From Pelomyxa schiedti (Eukaryota > Protista > Evosea): a stretch of DNA of 64,000 nt. Below the pieces are notes generated by a model, which was given only the letters and a program-made list of their open reading frames with translations, had not been told where the DNA came from and did no database searches. Shown here one piece after another: positions 12,720-26,776 of the stretch. A program made the position numbers and the translations under genes. The stretch is from the NCBI GenBank assembly GCA_020536535.1, contig JAHLWZ010000720.1, forward strand, positions 20,571 to 84,570, written 5' to 3'. Every line of letters starts with the position of its first letter. Within the stretch, counting starts at the first letter, position 1.

Positions 12720-15700
12720 ATGCAACCAGGCACCGGGCGAACGACAGCGGAATGTCGTATTTTCCCAGATGGCGCTTTTCAGTGTTGGGAATCTCAGGGC
12801 TACAATACTGCGTTCGTTTCCTTTTTTTTTTTTCCTTACATTTTGTTTGTTTTGCACTTTTTGTTTTCTTTGGGCACTTGTAACTGAGGAAAAAGTGTCG
12901 AGTACTTGAGGGGCTTGAATATGGGCAGTGAGGCACCAGAATTTTGTGGTATTCCACACCCTCAATTTCGTACCCCTCCTGATTCATTAAGATAACATAC
13001 GACAATTTTATTTGGAGCTGGGGAATGCTGTTGTTACCAGTGAACTTTCTACTGCACAGGCTATCTCTGCACTTCAAGCGGAACCAATTGTGTGTCAATG
13101 CCACTTGTGGTTTCATACCAACAAAAAAAAAAAAGGCTTCACCAGAGGCTCCATCTTTGTTAGCGGATGTGTTGTGGCTGATAGGTACACCTTCACAAGT
13201 AAAGCATATCTTAGTTTCGAACAGCCCTTAAACTGGACAACATTGATGATAAAAACTGCAAAAAGCTTTTAATAGCTTTCAGCAAAGAACTCATAGTACG
13301 AATCCAAGCAATATTTGCCATAATTAATTATGGCTGCTGAAGGGTATTCATGCTGTCAGCCCAGCCATTTTAAAGGAGAGAATGGAACCAGAATTCCTGG
13401 AGGCTATGGGCTGGACAACAAAAAAAATTTACGAGAGAAACACTATCAGAGTCAATGCTTCAGAAAGGTACATCATATAAACAGGCTGTGTGACACTTCA
13501 CAAATGTTTCCTAGTATGTCACATCAAAAGGTGATGCTACTGCGTGAAGAGCCTGCAGGATATGCAAGACTTATAGCAGAATTAGATGGTGGTGTCACAC
13601 TGGCTCCAGAGACTCTAAGTGATTTAATTTTCCGTGTTAATTCCCTTATTGGTACTTGATTTTAACCCTAGTCCAAACAATAATTCTTCATAAAGGCACA
13701 TTTGATCTGGACACAAATAGGGTTTTTGACATCTTGCTTGAAGTGTTCGAGAAAAATCAACAAAACAAGTATTTCATTGATTTCATTGCATCCCTCGGGA
13801 AATTGTGTCCTCTTGCCCAACTTCTCTCTGTCAAATTTCGAAGTTATCAGGTCATGATGTACTGCAAAGTATCAAGTACTGATTTTTCTACAAGATTCCG
13901 GATTCCAAGGAAACCACACCAAGATCTTTGTATGATCTGACGGCTAGATTGTTACAGGCTGGTAGACTCACTCTTGAGGAAATTATTCCAAATGTAAGCC
14001 TAATCTGAGAGGGATGGCCATGATGGTTACATGTTTGCAGCTCCGTCCAACGGAGTCTGAAATGCGTACTGCCCACGATTCTTGGCTCGAACAAGCTGTT
14101 GCAGCTGCAAAGAAGCTTCGGTCATCTTACCCATCTGGTCATCCAGTGGTATCTCTTTCTTTCTGTCACAACCACCCAAGCAATTCTTAGATGGACAAAC
14201 GTGCTACCAGACCAACAATCACCTATGTTATTGAAGGACGGGTGGTATGCCACATTCCTCTTTTCCCTTCCAATCCAACTTTACCAGGAAAATCAAAAAC
14301 TTAACCTTGTGGAGTCCATGCTGACATTAGGTGATTATCCAGGAGCTCATCATCTTTTGAATCTTGTTACCCTCCTGATACCTGGTGCTCACCAATCAGT
14401 GTGTAACTTTCCCATTGTTCATTTGTAGTCATATTATGCCAACAGATAAACCGGCTTCTGTGCCAAAAAATACATAGCCTCATTGAACCTTACTACAGAC
14501 CTCTTTCTCCAATTCTTCCTGGCAAAGGCGAAACAGGAATATCAACAGTCTCAATTATTCCTTTGTGTAAAGAGGTTGCTAGAATAGCATTAAATACACT
14601 CCATTTTAACACCTCTCAAGGTTTTACCACTTGTGAGGCATCTCAAGTGCTACTTGAGTAGTGATGTTGTTCTTTTTTGCAAGCTATGCCGTCTGCTGAA
14701 AGAATTCTTAGTTCTGAAAGTTGTTTTATTCACCAAAATTTCTTTTTTCCTAAAAATAATGTTGTAGGGCCTTGATGATGGTCCAAAACAGATCATCTAC
14801 AAAGTTGTCAAGGAAGTGTTACTACCTTCACTTTCTCTTATACCATCCAATCCTGCTGTGTGTATTGAACTTTGGGACCTTTTGATGAAAATTCCATATC
14901 AACAACGGTACTTTGCATTCCTTGATTGGTCTGCTCACAGCAAAAGATATTCGATGTACAACCATTTAGTGGCTGTTACTTACAAGAAGTATCCCCCTCT
15001 GATAATTGCAGCAGCAGAAACCATGAATGACTCCAAGCAACAGTTAAAGTAAGAATACTGCACGTTTGAGGGAAAAAACTCATGTTCAGGCGCTTGTCTG
15101 CGGAGAACGTTAAAATGGTCGGAAGAAATATTGGAAAATTTAGTCATCACAATGCCCTCATATCCCTGGGAACACTTCTTGATCAAGTCGAGGTCAAAAA
15201 AGGAATCAGTGTGTGAGATACCAATACATTTGTAGGTTATAGCCGCTATGGCAACAGTTTCTATCGATGCCCTTAGAAATTTGACTGCTCTGTCATATGA
15301 CATGTTGTGTTGTATCCTTTCATTTTTTATTACCCTTCATTTTGCACTCAATGGACTGGTCTCCACTTAATGGATGACTGGTTACTTCTCGTGCAGACAA
15401 TCTCTCACATTACATTACCCTACACATTGAGAGTCCTAATGTGTGGAGTAGTGCACTATGATAAATGAAAATGGACCTAGTGTTTCCTTCACTTTCTCCT
15501 AGATCTTATTATAGAACATGTTTCAAGGCCAAGACAAAAAGTTAAGACAGATGGCGTCAGTAACTCCCAGTGGCTTCAAGGCTTGTCACTCTTTTGTGGG
15601 AATGTTTTCAGTCGATGTAAGTTTTCGAAATTGGACAATTTACTCATGAAGAAAAAGACACTACTGTACCACTTGAACCACTTCTAGTGTGCGTTATTTG

Positions 15701-18700
15701 GCAGTTGCGTGATGGGGATAGCTTTGATTTATTGGTGTGTTGTTTTCATTGGGTAAACACAGTCCTTTAATTTTGCCAGATACTCAAAGAAATTATTTCA
15801 AAAATGGCGGGAATTGAATATGGCGAAGACATTAGTGATGAAAACACAGACTGCCTGGCCGGTGGAGAATTACTTTTCTCCGAAGTGAGCCTTCTAACTT
15901 TTTCCCCCCCTAACCTTCAACCTCAGGCGATATCAATGGCTACAAATATGACACCACTTAGAAAACCCCCGTCTATAAAAAGGCTCCTGGAGGCATTGGT
16001 GTGCTGTGTTGCGGATCCAGTGTGAAATGACTGATGATTAGATAAACACTGGAATGGCCATCCCCCTGTACGTTACAATTGCTCAACAACGAGCCTATAT
16101 TGCATATAAAAACGATGCCCCACACTTGAAGAGTATTGGTGATATGATTGACAAAGTGCAGGCCTATTTTTTATCCACAAATAACTTACCTATGTGACAG
16201 TGCCAAGAAACCCTTTTACAATATTCAGAGCTTCTAATTACACAGTTGTCTATGACCCAGTTGTCCATGATACCATCTCTCAAGGAGCTTATCCACATCT
16301 ATGCTTTGGAGCCAGCTTCCGCATTCCATATATCTCGGGCCATTTTGCATGTAATCTTCATTATGTTCAAGGCTTTCTCTGCTTGACACTAATAAAAGGA
16401 GCGTTATTTTGTAAGAAAATCATCCCGAAAAACAGAGGAGGTGGGTGCCTAAATTTTATTTTTTTTTATTCAGCTGTCAACAGGATGAGGACAAACAGCG
16501 CCAGCAATTGATTCACACAATCAAGTCCACTTTACCCGAAACAATATGGCAAGGGATAAGGTAATCCTGTTGCTCAATCCCATCTAAATCCTTCAGCCCT
16601 GAATTATACACAACATTTTGGATGCTTACCCTCTCTGATATTCACTTCCCTCGAACAAAATATGATGACGAAATTCAAAAGCAAAAACAAATTCTTGACC
16701 AAATGGATCATGATCCTCTTCCAGTTTGTGTTTCTCTCATTTGTCACAACCAATGATATTGTTTAGGCGAACAAAACAAAAAAAGAAAGAGAAAAGGAGA
16801 GAAATGATCAAGTTCAACACATAACCGACTTGTCCAATGAAAGAGACAGGCAAGATAGAAACAGACAATTTGTTATGGATCGTCTCTCAAAGGATAAAAA
16901 CTCTTGGATCAAAAAAAGTTGTTTTAACAGCTAGATACAACTTCCTCTAATCTGAGACAGGTGCGAATCATCACATTTTTTTGAGCACATTCTTGCAACA
17001 CTGCATATTTCCACGCTGTATGTGGTCTGTTACTGACGCAGTGTTTTGTGCCAAGTTTGTGCAAATTTTGCACAATATTGGCACACCTAACTTCTTAACT
17101 TTGCAGTACTTTCATATGGTAACAACTGTTCTTTATTTTCTTTTTTCCTACCTTTCCCAGGTACTTAAAGATGTTACTGGGTTTTTATATTGCTGCACTG
17201 AAGGGGAAGCAGCCAGAATAGGTAACCCTACCGTCTTATTGTCACATGCTAATGAGATTTCAGGTTGTTTTGTGCGCGAAACGTTGCATTTGGTGGAGAG
17301 ATGGCGTATGAGTAGCGATGAGGTATATCAAAAAGAGTGCTATAATCAGCCCGGCTTTGAAAATGATAGTCAACCGGTAAACCACTTTCTTTTTCCAGAA
17401 ATGTTGATGCAACATTATGCAGCCTACAAAGCACCCCAAAGCAGATTATGATAAAGCGTGCTTTAGTTGGCATGTCGTTCTGACACTGGTGTGCATGAAT
17501 GGACATCTTCTTTTCTTTTCACGGCAGGTAGGCATTCACTACTTTGCTGGAGTCTGAGGAATATATGGAAGTGCGAAATGGTCTTATAGTTCTGACAAAA
17601 ATTGTTTCTGTATTCCCTATTTTAAAGCGCACACATGCCAAGTTGGAGAAAGTTGTAAATAAGCACCGTAAAAGTGAACGTGAAGATTTAAATTTGCTTG
17701 CCACAAGGTTTGTGGCACTGCCCCTCTTGAAATACTTATCTCATTCATGGAAGGTATGGTGCTTTATTGCATTCAAAAGAAGAGGACTTGCTTGATGACC
17801 AGGACTATGCCCCAAGTGTTGTGCAACTTGCAGCCGCTACAATATCATCCTCTACAGGAAAAGATGTCTCACTATCACAACCATCAGCTGCGTCTCAGCC
17901 ACCTGCACACTCCATGCAACCTGTAACAAGGACCAACTCACAACACGCTATAGCCACACCTACCTCAGTGTCCGCGTCCCCAGCGTCGGCACAACCCCAC
18001 TCTTCCCACCATGTCACATTACCCGCATCTCCAGTGAAAGGCGCGCCAACAACTTCCAGCACTACCGTGACATCATCCTCTCGTCAAGATGATGGCAAGT
18101 TACCCCGGGAAGAGGATTATAACTGCAACTCACAGTATTCTTAGGAAAATCTAAGTCTGGACATCATGTAGCTCAGTCTAGAGAGGAAATAATAGCACGG
18201 TAACACGCTTTGCAGTCTTTATTTTTATCTCTTCCTTAATAATGCACAGAGATGCTAAAGAGAAGAAAGATGTACCCATGGAAGACCACTCACGGACTCA
18301 CTCCCCACATCTCCGCGATGATAGGTGATTCTGTCAAAAATCTTTCATATCATAATGTTCCACTCAGGAAAGATAGAGAACTGCATCACTCGAAAAGTGA
18401 AGAGCTTATCCTCCCAGAAAAGCGAAAGGAGGCACCCACACTGGAAGGGGGGGCAGATGATGATAGATGTATATCAAGCAATACAGTTTTCTGGATTTTT
18501 AATTTCTCTTTTAGCTAAGCGAAGACGTACCAAAAAGGATGATAAACCAGACACACTATCATCAGATGGTCATTTAGTTCCACAACCACAGGCGCAAACC
18601 TCAATACCGCCGTCACTTCCACCTCAGACAGTCAACAAGGACCCAAAGGTTTACCCTTTCTGTTTAAATGTCCCAAAGAAACCCCTTTTAGAAAAGGCGC

Positions 18701-19952
18701 ACAGATGATGTACCTGCATCGACAAGGCCTAAGGACAAAAAAGAGGAAATCAGTGGACAGTCCTCTGTGGGGTCTGGTGTGGCTTCTATGCCACCTCCCC
18801 CTGCCTCTCCCAGGGAGAAAGAAATAGTACGCAGTTCTTCGGCGGATCGTGAAAGGGAAAGAGATAGAGAAAGGGACAGAGAGAGGGAAAGAGATTCCAG
18901 ATCAGAGAAGGGAGAGTACCGAGATAGACCAAGAAGCGATCACAGGGAATCTCCTGCAACATCTGGATCCTTAAGTACCAGTGGTTTGTCCTTTCCAATC
19001 CGGTAAATAAACCTTATTAAAAATCTTCTAGATAAAAGTGGGGTGAAATCTCCTCACAGAGAAGAGTCCCGCCCAGGTTTATAGTTTACGTTCTTCGTGA
19101 CTTAAATGTAACTGACGCTCCCCAGATAGGTCTCATGAACGTCGATCCTCCAAAGATGCTGAAGACCAAATTCAACGCGAGCCAGAACGATCCAATTCCC
19201 CCATGATTGGCAATTCTAACAGCCTAGCTATGAATTCTCATCATCACCATCACCATCATCAAAAAGAAAAGGAGAAAGACTCCCTTGAAAAATCACCAAC
19301 AGTAGCACCCGTTTCCTCTGCAGCTCCAGTAGCACACAACCCACCACCACAAACCCCGCACCCTCAACCGGTTCCAAATATCCCGCAACAAACCACATTG
19401 GCAAGTACTTCTGGGCCTACTCCAGTGCAGTCTGCAACACAACTACAAAGAAAGGATACCCCAACGCTCAGTGCAAGTACTTCCAGTGGAAGTGCAGCAA
19501 AGAAAGACACCAAAGATACCCCCAGCAGTGGCTCAACACCAAATTCTAGCAGTGGCAGTGTTGGAGTTAGTGGTACCTCGAGCGGATCCACCTCAGAGAA
19601 ACGGGTTGTAAGAATTAACCGACAGCCGTCTTCAACCAGGGCGGCTGCTTCAAGCAGGTTGTTAAATTTCTCAAACACAAATTACTGACAATAACAATCG
19701 TACTTCAGTGGATCATCCAGCGGGAACACCACCGTGGTCGTTGTAAGTGGAAGCAAGCAAGATGGGCGACATGAGAGAGATCTATCCCAGAGCAAATCCG
19801 CGAGTTCTGGTTCCAGTAGCAGCTCCCAACAGAAACGGGGTAGCGAAAAAGAGTATGTAAAAAGAAGCCCAACAACAACTCCCTTCACAATTTTAATAAT
19901 GTTGCTTAGGTCTAGCATGAAGAGGTCTCCTCATCGCAAAGACAGAATGTAG
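12720..19952 (+). CDS. THOC2: THO complex subunit 2; many exons, long charged/disordered C-terminus
   Basis: LLREEPAGYARLIAEL, SLIGTFDLDTNRVFDILLE, LPSLSLIPSNPAVCIELW, RRLSAENVK, LTALSYDMLCY, WLQGLSLFCG, FWMLTLSDI, FLQHCIFPRC, TEGEAARIG and EYMEVRNGLIVLTKI. Confidence 0.93.
15312..15502 (+). other. U12-type (minor spliceosome) GT-AG intron in THOC2
   Basis: Donor GTATCCTTT and branch TTTCCTTCAC about 10 nt before the TAG acceptor. Removal restores SYDMLC|YLIIEHV. Confidence 0.8.
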
Positions 19953-19971
19953 TAGAAATAGCTATCCCCAC

Positions 19972-20960
19972 TCATCTCCTATAAGGTGACACAGGCGGCA
20001 GGCAAGACGGCCATAGTTTCAGTAATTCTTGTTGCAGATTGAATAAATCAATGTGAAGGACTTTGTCACCACCCACAAATTCCTCTATCACACTCGCACC
20101 GGGACCATACACCCCAGAATGTGGCCCCCTCTCTCCCATGAGGCCTGTACTTGTACACACACCAAATTCTATCCTTTCTTGCCACTCCACAACAGGCTCC
20201 TGTTTTTTGTGAATGCGTGAGTTTTCTGTTTGTTTGGAGCGGGCTCCAAGTTGGGTGGCAGACGAACCTTTGGGTTTGGCCTAATCACGATGGCTTGCAT
20301 TCTGCCGTTACTGGCGCTACCTTCTTGACACCACAACTTTATGCCAATTACCAAGGGAGCGGCGCCGCCGTCATTGTGGGACAACGCCGTGCAGATGCGC
20401 AACAGCCTCTCCTCAAAGCGACGACGGGGCTCGTGCTGCGCCACGTCGAGGACCAGCGCCGCTTGCTTCCCCGTCGCCGTCGAGCGCAACAGCGACATGC
20501 ACGCGGTGGTGGCCCACGACGGCGCCTGGTCGGTAGGCGAAGCAGAAGCCTTGATGCACGTGTGGAACAGCCAGCTGGTGTCGTTGCCGTTGTTGCGATC
20601 AGAGATGAACCTGGCTGCGCCGCGCCTGAGGCTGCTTGGGGGCTCCAGGACTCTGACTAGGCCCAGTGCTTGGCCGGTGGTTCCAGGGGCAGAGGGAATG
20701 TGCCACTCCAGCTTGATGTCTTCTTTCGGCGCTGTGCTGTCATTGATGATGCACCCACTTCTGTTTGGGATGGGGGGTGGTGAGTGGAAATGTGTCCGGC
20801 GGGAAAACCACCGGCACCTGTATGCCAGCATTGAAAGCAGAGTCTCAAAGGCACGGAAGCTAACACCGTGCAAATTCAGGGAGTCTGTGCTGGGTCCTCC
20901 TGTCTCGTGTATTGCCCTCACTGCCCGCATCCATTCCTTCAGTGTCACCTTGTTGGACAT
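19972..20960 (-). CDS. Hypothetical protein, weakly resembling a degenerate PD-(D/E)xK/Uma2-like nuclease fold; about 3 exons
   Basis: 263-aa and 72-aa ORFs linked by GT-AG introns. Segment AALVLDVAQHE...PLVIGIKLW. Confidence 0.45.
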
Positions 20961-21061
20961 GCTTTCTTTTTTTTTTTTGTTTCCCCTCTACCAATAAAAG
21001 GGGCAGAAGATTAAAAATCCAAAACGTCAAATGTGTATTAAAATAAATACAGTGGAATTCG

Positions 21062-24000
21062 TCATTCCTCGTTGAGTGGGAAAAAGAAGTGCTGAATGTT
21101 TGCCAGGTCCAGGAATGGGTCGGATGTGGATTGCTTTGCGGAGGTTGTTGCTGTGGCCGTTTGTGTCTCACTGGGCAGAGGGAGCAACGGGATGCTGGTA
21201 TGTGTGCGGGGTCGTTTTGGGGTTGGTGCGAGAACGTTAGTTGGTGTTGTTGGCGTTGTTGGTGCTTGTGTTCTCTTCCCCGTAGTCCTAGTTTAGGGGT
21301 AAAGGACATACAGGGTTGGGGGAATATTACCTCTTGCAGCAGTCGTGTTTACAGGTTTGCTGTGAAGTGGCAATTAGTTGTGGTTTGTTGGTGAGAAAAG
21401 TTGCTTTACCTTGTTTTTGCAGTTGTGCTTGCAGGTGAAGACGGATACATTTTTAAGCTTTTCAGGTGTAGTTACCGGTGGGTGTGGAAAGGATTTCTTT
21501 GGTGGTGATGGGTCTAAATCGATTACACCGTTCTGATCTGTAACAAACTGTATCGCCGGTGAAGGAGTGGCAGGCTGTTGTAGTATTGAGGAAGATGGCT
21601 GCACACTGAACTGCGGAATATCCAGTAAATCAAAATCGTCAATGTCAAATAGGAAGTCGAAGTCTGCGCCCTCATTCGTGATGCTGGGTGTGGTTTCTTG
21701 AGAAGTTGCGACTGGTTGTGGAGTAGGCGGGCTCACGAAGTCGCTCATTGATTTTTGGATCTTACGATGTGGCTGGGATGGAGTTTGAGGGGACAGTGTA
21801 ACAACTGGTGTTGGTGGATCAGGGAAGTCGACTGTAAAAGAGAATTTGGAATCCAGGCCCACTGGAAATAATCAAATACTCACTATAAATCTCTTCTACT
21901 ACTTACAGTACTGCTCACAGAATAGAAATGCGTCATAGAGGTAATTTCCTTTTTCTGGTCTTGTCACTGCAAGAAGTTCAGTTCGGGTGGTGTTTGATCT
22001 ACTACTTAGAGGGGTTTAGAAGTGACCAAGCAAGATGAAGAACTCACGCACGTATATTTCTTCTGGAAAACGATCTTGCTGTTATTCGTGACCATAATGT
22101 AAAAGCACGGACAATGGGGGTATACTGTCTCCCCCACAGATATAGAGTAATCCAATTTAAGGTCGGCTTGGGCTGCACTTTTTTTAACAGGCGATACTGC
22201 CTGAAGCAGAGTCAATAGAGTCCGTAAAAAGTTAATTGCCTGTGAAAGGATAATTGACGTGCTTGGGAGATGTGAGAGAGCTTGTTTGACTTGATTCCCC
22301 CAGGGTGCATGACGATTGCAGATAAGTTCGAGTTTTCTAGGGTCAGCTTCCTGCATAGAAGAGAAGGAGCTGATGCCGTCTGGTCGGGCTGGTGAGAAAA
22401 TGGGTGGGAAAAAAACAAAACAAATACTCTCAGAAAGTGACTTCGCATATGAATCCCCAATGCCTTCTAAATGTATTGTTATGCTACCCTGCTATTATAA
22501 ACACGTACGAGAATACCAATTTGCCGTAAGATTAACGTACTTTCAGGCCACATTCTGGCATGTAAGCACTGTGTTCTACTGAACTGTGAATCAATCTAAA
22601 ACAAAGTGAAGATAACTTACAGAGAAATTGCAGTTGCCACAGGTTCAAAAGAATCTCTTTCTAATAGTACACTTATCAATGCCCGAGAGATACGACCAAT
22701 ACAAGAAAAGATCTAGGAGAACGTTTATTACTTGTTGCTGATCGGTAATAGGGAGTACGATTGAAGAATCCTGTTTCAAACTCCAGTCCTCAATGGTAAC
22801 AGCCTGCGAAACATCACTCACAGCCCAGAAAAAAAAAAAAGAACGAAGATACATCGAGAGCAGCTTGTATAAGAGTATTGACTAGTTGGAGGTTATTTAG
22901 ATTGTGCTCAATAGCAAGAGAACCTTTATGGGAGTCCGTGGTAACTTTTCCAACAGGGTATCGAACTTTCAAGGAAGAAAGTTGCTTCTTCTCGGTAGCT
23001 CTCTGGGGAAGGGAAGGGTTTTACCTCAATGAACACGAATTGTACCAATCTTATCTCACGAAACTCTTTTGCATGAGCCAGGATATCAAGTAAGTCTTTC
23101 CTGAGTGAGGCTAATCCCATAAAATGTAATTTACTAACCAGTATAAGAATATTTTATTGTAACAGATGAAAAGAGTTTCATCTGCATTGGGAGATCAGCT
23201 CAGACAAACTACCAATGGGAGAAGCGGAACCGTGTCATAGGAGACGTAATAGCTTGCCATTATTCTTCCGCGTTCTGTTAATAAGTAACAGGCTTCCAAG
23301 TTAGTAAAAAGTAACCTGTTGCTTCAATATTAAGATTGTCATCCATTGCAATTAAACCTATTCCATGTTAAACAATTTATTTTGGTTGTTGAGATGTCAG
23401 AGAGATACCTTGGGAAGAAAGTTCGTTAAGGTCCTGAATGCATAACTCTTGCATCCTATTCATCTGTTGATGAAATTAGAGTAAGGAGTAGGGACCTGGT
23501 GAGTAACGCCGGGTTATCTCCTACACAGCTGTATTAATGGCAAAGGTGTGACTAATAACTCAACCTGGTGGGATGTTGTAATGTTTAGGATTTTTTTGCA
23601 GCCGCTGCAATGGATTTTAGACTCGTAAGGAAGTCATAGCCGTACATGATAAAAGTAAGTTGACTTGAGCCAGTTTATGGCAAAGTCAATATCAGTTATA
23701 GTCTGGGGAAAACAATTAAGAGTGGACGCTTGGATAGATAGGTTGTTATACCCTCAACACCACTTCACTCACTAGGTGCTCTTTCAGGTTCTGCTGTGAT
23801 TAATAGACTTTCATTTCAAAAGAGCAATAAACCTGGATTAAACTGGAGAGGTACTTAATGAAAAATCTGACTTTAAGAAAGAGCGTACCAACTTTCAATG
23901 ATCTCCTTCCGTGAGACCACTGATTCCCACTTATGCTTATTGTCATTGGAAGTCATAATGACTGCTGTTGCAGAGGAATCAAACTGAGCAGAGTTAAAAT

Positions 24001-26514
24001 TCATTAGTTAGGGAAAGGTTTTTCTACCTGAGGTCTTCCTGCCCGCCCAATCATCTGCAAAATGTCCAGTTGACTTAATTCCTGATTTAAAATGTTATAT
24101 AAATTTCAAAGGATAACTAAGTATACTTCATAGCCAGATCCATGCCGGTAGTGTACAGTGGATTTGATTATCACCAAGTGGGCAGGAAGATTTACACCAG
24201 TGGCCACTAATCATATATTTACATTCCTTAAAAGAACCCCCATGGGAAGTGAAACAATACAGGTACTCGTTGTGCTTGACATGGGTGTTAGGAATGGTAA
24301 AATTAACAAAGGAAGGGTACCACAGAACAGCCAGTTTTTGGTCTATAAATAGTGCTTCCACGAGTGCGCGGTCCTTTGTGATAAAAATGAGTTGCATTTC
24401 TAGTGGGACTACATACTTGCAAAGAAGAGCCTGCACTGTGAAACCCAATCCCTATGGAACTTAGCTTACACAGAAGAATTTTGCAAAGAATTGAGGACAC
24501 CTTTTTTTAAACAATCTTTTCAATGTAAGAAAATCACCAAAAATTAAAGGGAAATAATTCTTAAAATGGAGTACCAGAAAGTGTAGGATCATGAGTTTGC
24601 CGTGATACTTCCAGTAGCCTGTACGGAATGAAAATTTGTTTGTAGAGTGGCCTACCTGTTGTAATCAATGGAAAACTGTTTGAGATATGTTGTGTCTTTT
24701 GTCAGGTACTGGGCAGTTTGTGATGCCCCTTTTCGGGAGGAGCAAAACTTGTTTTCGTGAGGAAAAGTAAAAGTTAAGGAAAGTAAACCACTAACACTGG
24801 ACGACCATTACTGTACTTTTCAATGATGGATGGGATCTATTAAGAATCAATAAGTGTGACCCATAATTCCAATACCTTGAAAATTAAATTTCTGTCAAAA
24901 AGAAATTCGTTTTTTGTGCTCTTTGGGAATCCTGGCCATCTTCAGTAAAGTTTGATCAAAAACATATAGTACCTGTCACAACAATTTGTAGAGGAACAGG
25001 GCGGAATTCTAGCACAGTAGTCAGTGGAAGTTAGGTGATATAATACTGCCTACCTTCTCCAAACCAAAAAGTAGAGTTTTGAGGGGCTCCGAGCCTGCAC
25101 TCAGATAAGATATTTAGAGAAATACCATTGAATACCAAGAAGATATATCCTCAATATTAGGGAAAGTGGCTGAAACGGCAATAAATCTCAATTCACTTAC
25201 AGTACACTGACACATGCTTTCTGCAGATCTGACAGTTTTCATCCTGTTGTGGTTGAGTACAAGGCAATTAAAATTCTCAACCTTGAAATCACTGCTTCCA
25301 AAGTTGCACCCCGGGAAGAAGCAAGCAAGTGTACCTTTCATTGTAAGTTTGGCACCCATCTACTAACATTTGGTACTTCATCAATTAAAAGTAAGCCAAT
25401 TTTTCCAATGAATAGAAGATTGTCTTTCCAGTGACGAGTAACACTATCCCACTTCTCTTTTTTTGTGAAGTTAAAACAACACAGTAAATATGCCAGTGAC
25501 ATCACCAGGAGTCGTCAAGCTACTTTAGGTTGACTAAGGCAAAAAAAAAAAAAAATTACATGATATCAGAAGAGGACAGTTCACTGTAATCAGTTATTTC
25601 TGTGTCTCCAGTAAGTTCCTTGCCTTGGATACGTTAGTTGTGCAGGAAAGAAAAAAGCAACATTCTATAGGAGGATCCAAAACAGAAAATCTTTTTTTCC
25701 AATCTGTGAACGTTTGTTGGCAAAGAGCCTAAAGAAATAACCATAAGACAGCAGGTGAAAGACATGGTCTGGTTTACTTTGGCTGGTGCCATGTAGATTA
25801 CTTTTGCTGGAGAGTTTGGAGGTCTCCTGGAAATAAGACGACATATAGCAAGCAAGAATAACATAGTTTTTCCTGATGCAGTGGGTGCACTCACAACAAC
25901 ATTCAAATCACTGGAAGATATCAACAAAATTGTTTCTTGGAGAGAATTGTGCCTGTTAAAAATGGTATCGAAGCACGCTGATTGTACTTTTCAAGCCAAG
26001 GTGGGTGAATGACAATTTGCAGGGAGAGCAGTGTACCTTTGTTGAAAAATTTATGAGGAGAGAAAAGTGGCTCAAAGCGTGTCCCCACAGCAGAAACAGG
26101 TAAATTTCCAATGTTGGAACACGTGATTAGTTGGTTAGGATTTGTCACTGCAGGGGAGGGACTTTTATCTACTAGTGGCTTTGAAAACAGTTGTGCAAGA
26201 AATTTTGATTGTCTTGGCCTTGGTGTTGAGAGTGTAGACGGCACAGAGTTAGTGGGTCGAGTTTGAGCAGCGCAGTGAGTGTTGTGTATGCTAACTGGAT
26301 TAATCCTTGGTGTACAAAGTTTCGGAGCTGAGATTGGGGAAACGGAAGAAGAAGTGCTAAGAACACGTCGAGAATGCAGTTGGTCCTGAGATGCATTGTG
26401 CTGTATGACACATTTTTGCTTGTGCGGCCCTTCACACACAGCCTTGGTAGGAGGGTCAGGGGATAGAGACAAATCTGAGAAGTCGTCGCTCGAGGACATC
26501 GATTTAGTTGTCAT
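21062..26514 (-). CDS. HFM1: Meiotic Ski2-like DExH helicase HFM1/MER3 with Sec63 domain and C-terminal Cys/His finger; many exons
   Basis: VVVSAPTASGKT, YMAPAKALC, LLIDEV, RGATLEAVISR, RFIAVSATFPNIEDI, LPMGVNLPAHLVIIKST, QMIGRAGRPQFDSSA, IESLLI and CKHNCKNK..CKHDCCK. Confidence 0.88.
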
Positions 26515-26776
26515 TGTGGTGCAGAGATCCACCAAAAAAGATGGCACACGAGCGCAGGCAATTAACTCATAGCTGTCAAAACTTTTGGCAGAAACACAAA
26601 CAACCCACAGCTCGGCCAACAACAAAAACCACAACACGACGATGCACGTGGTGTCAAAAGGAAAGAAATGACACCAATGCCCGGCTCAAACGCCAACACT
26701 CATTGTTTCGTCAGTTTTTTTGAAGTCAACAATCAGACAAAGAAAAAAAAACCACCGCTTACAACGAGGGACGGTC

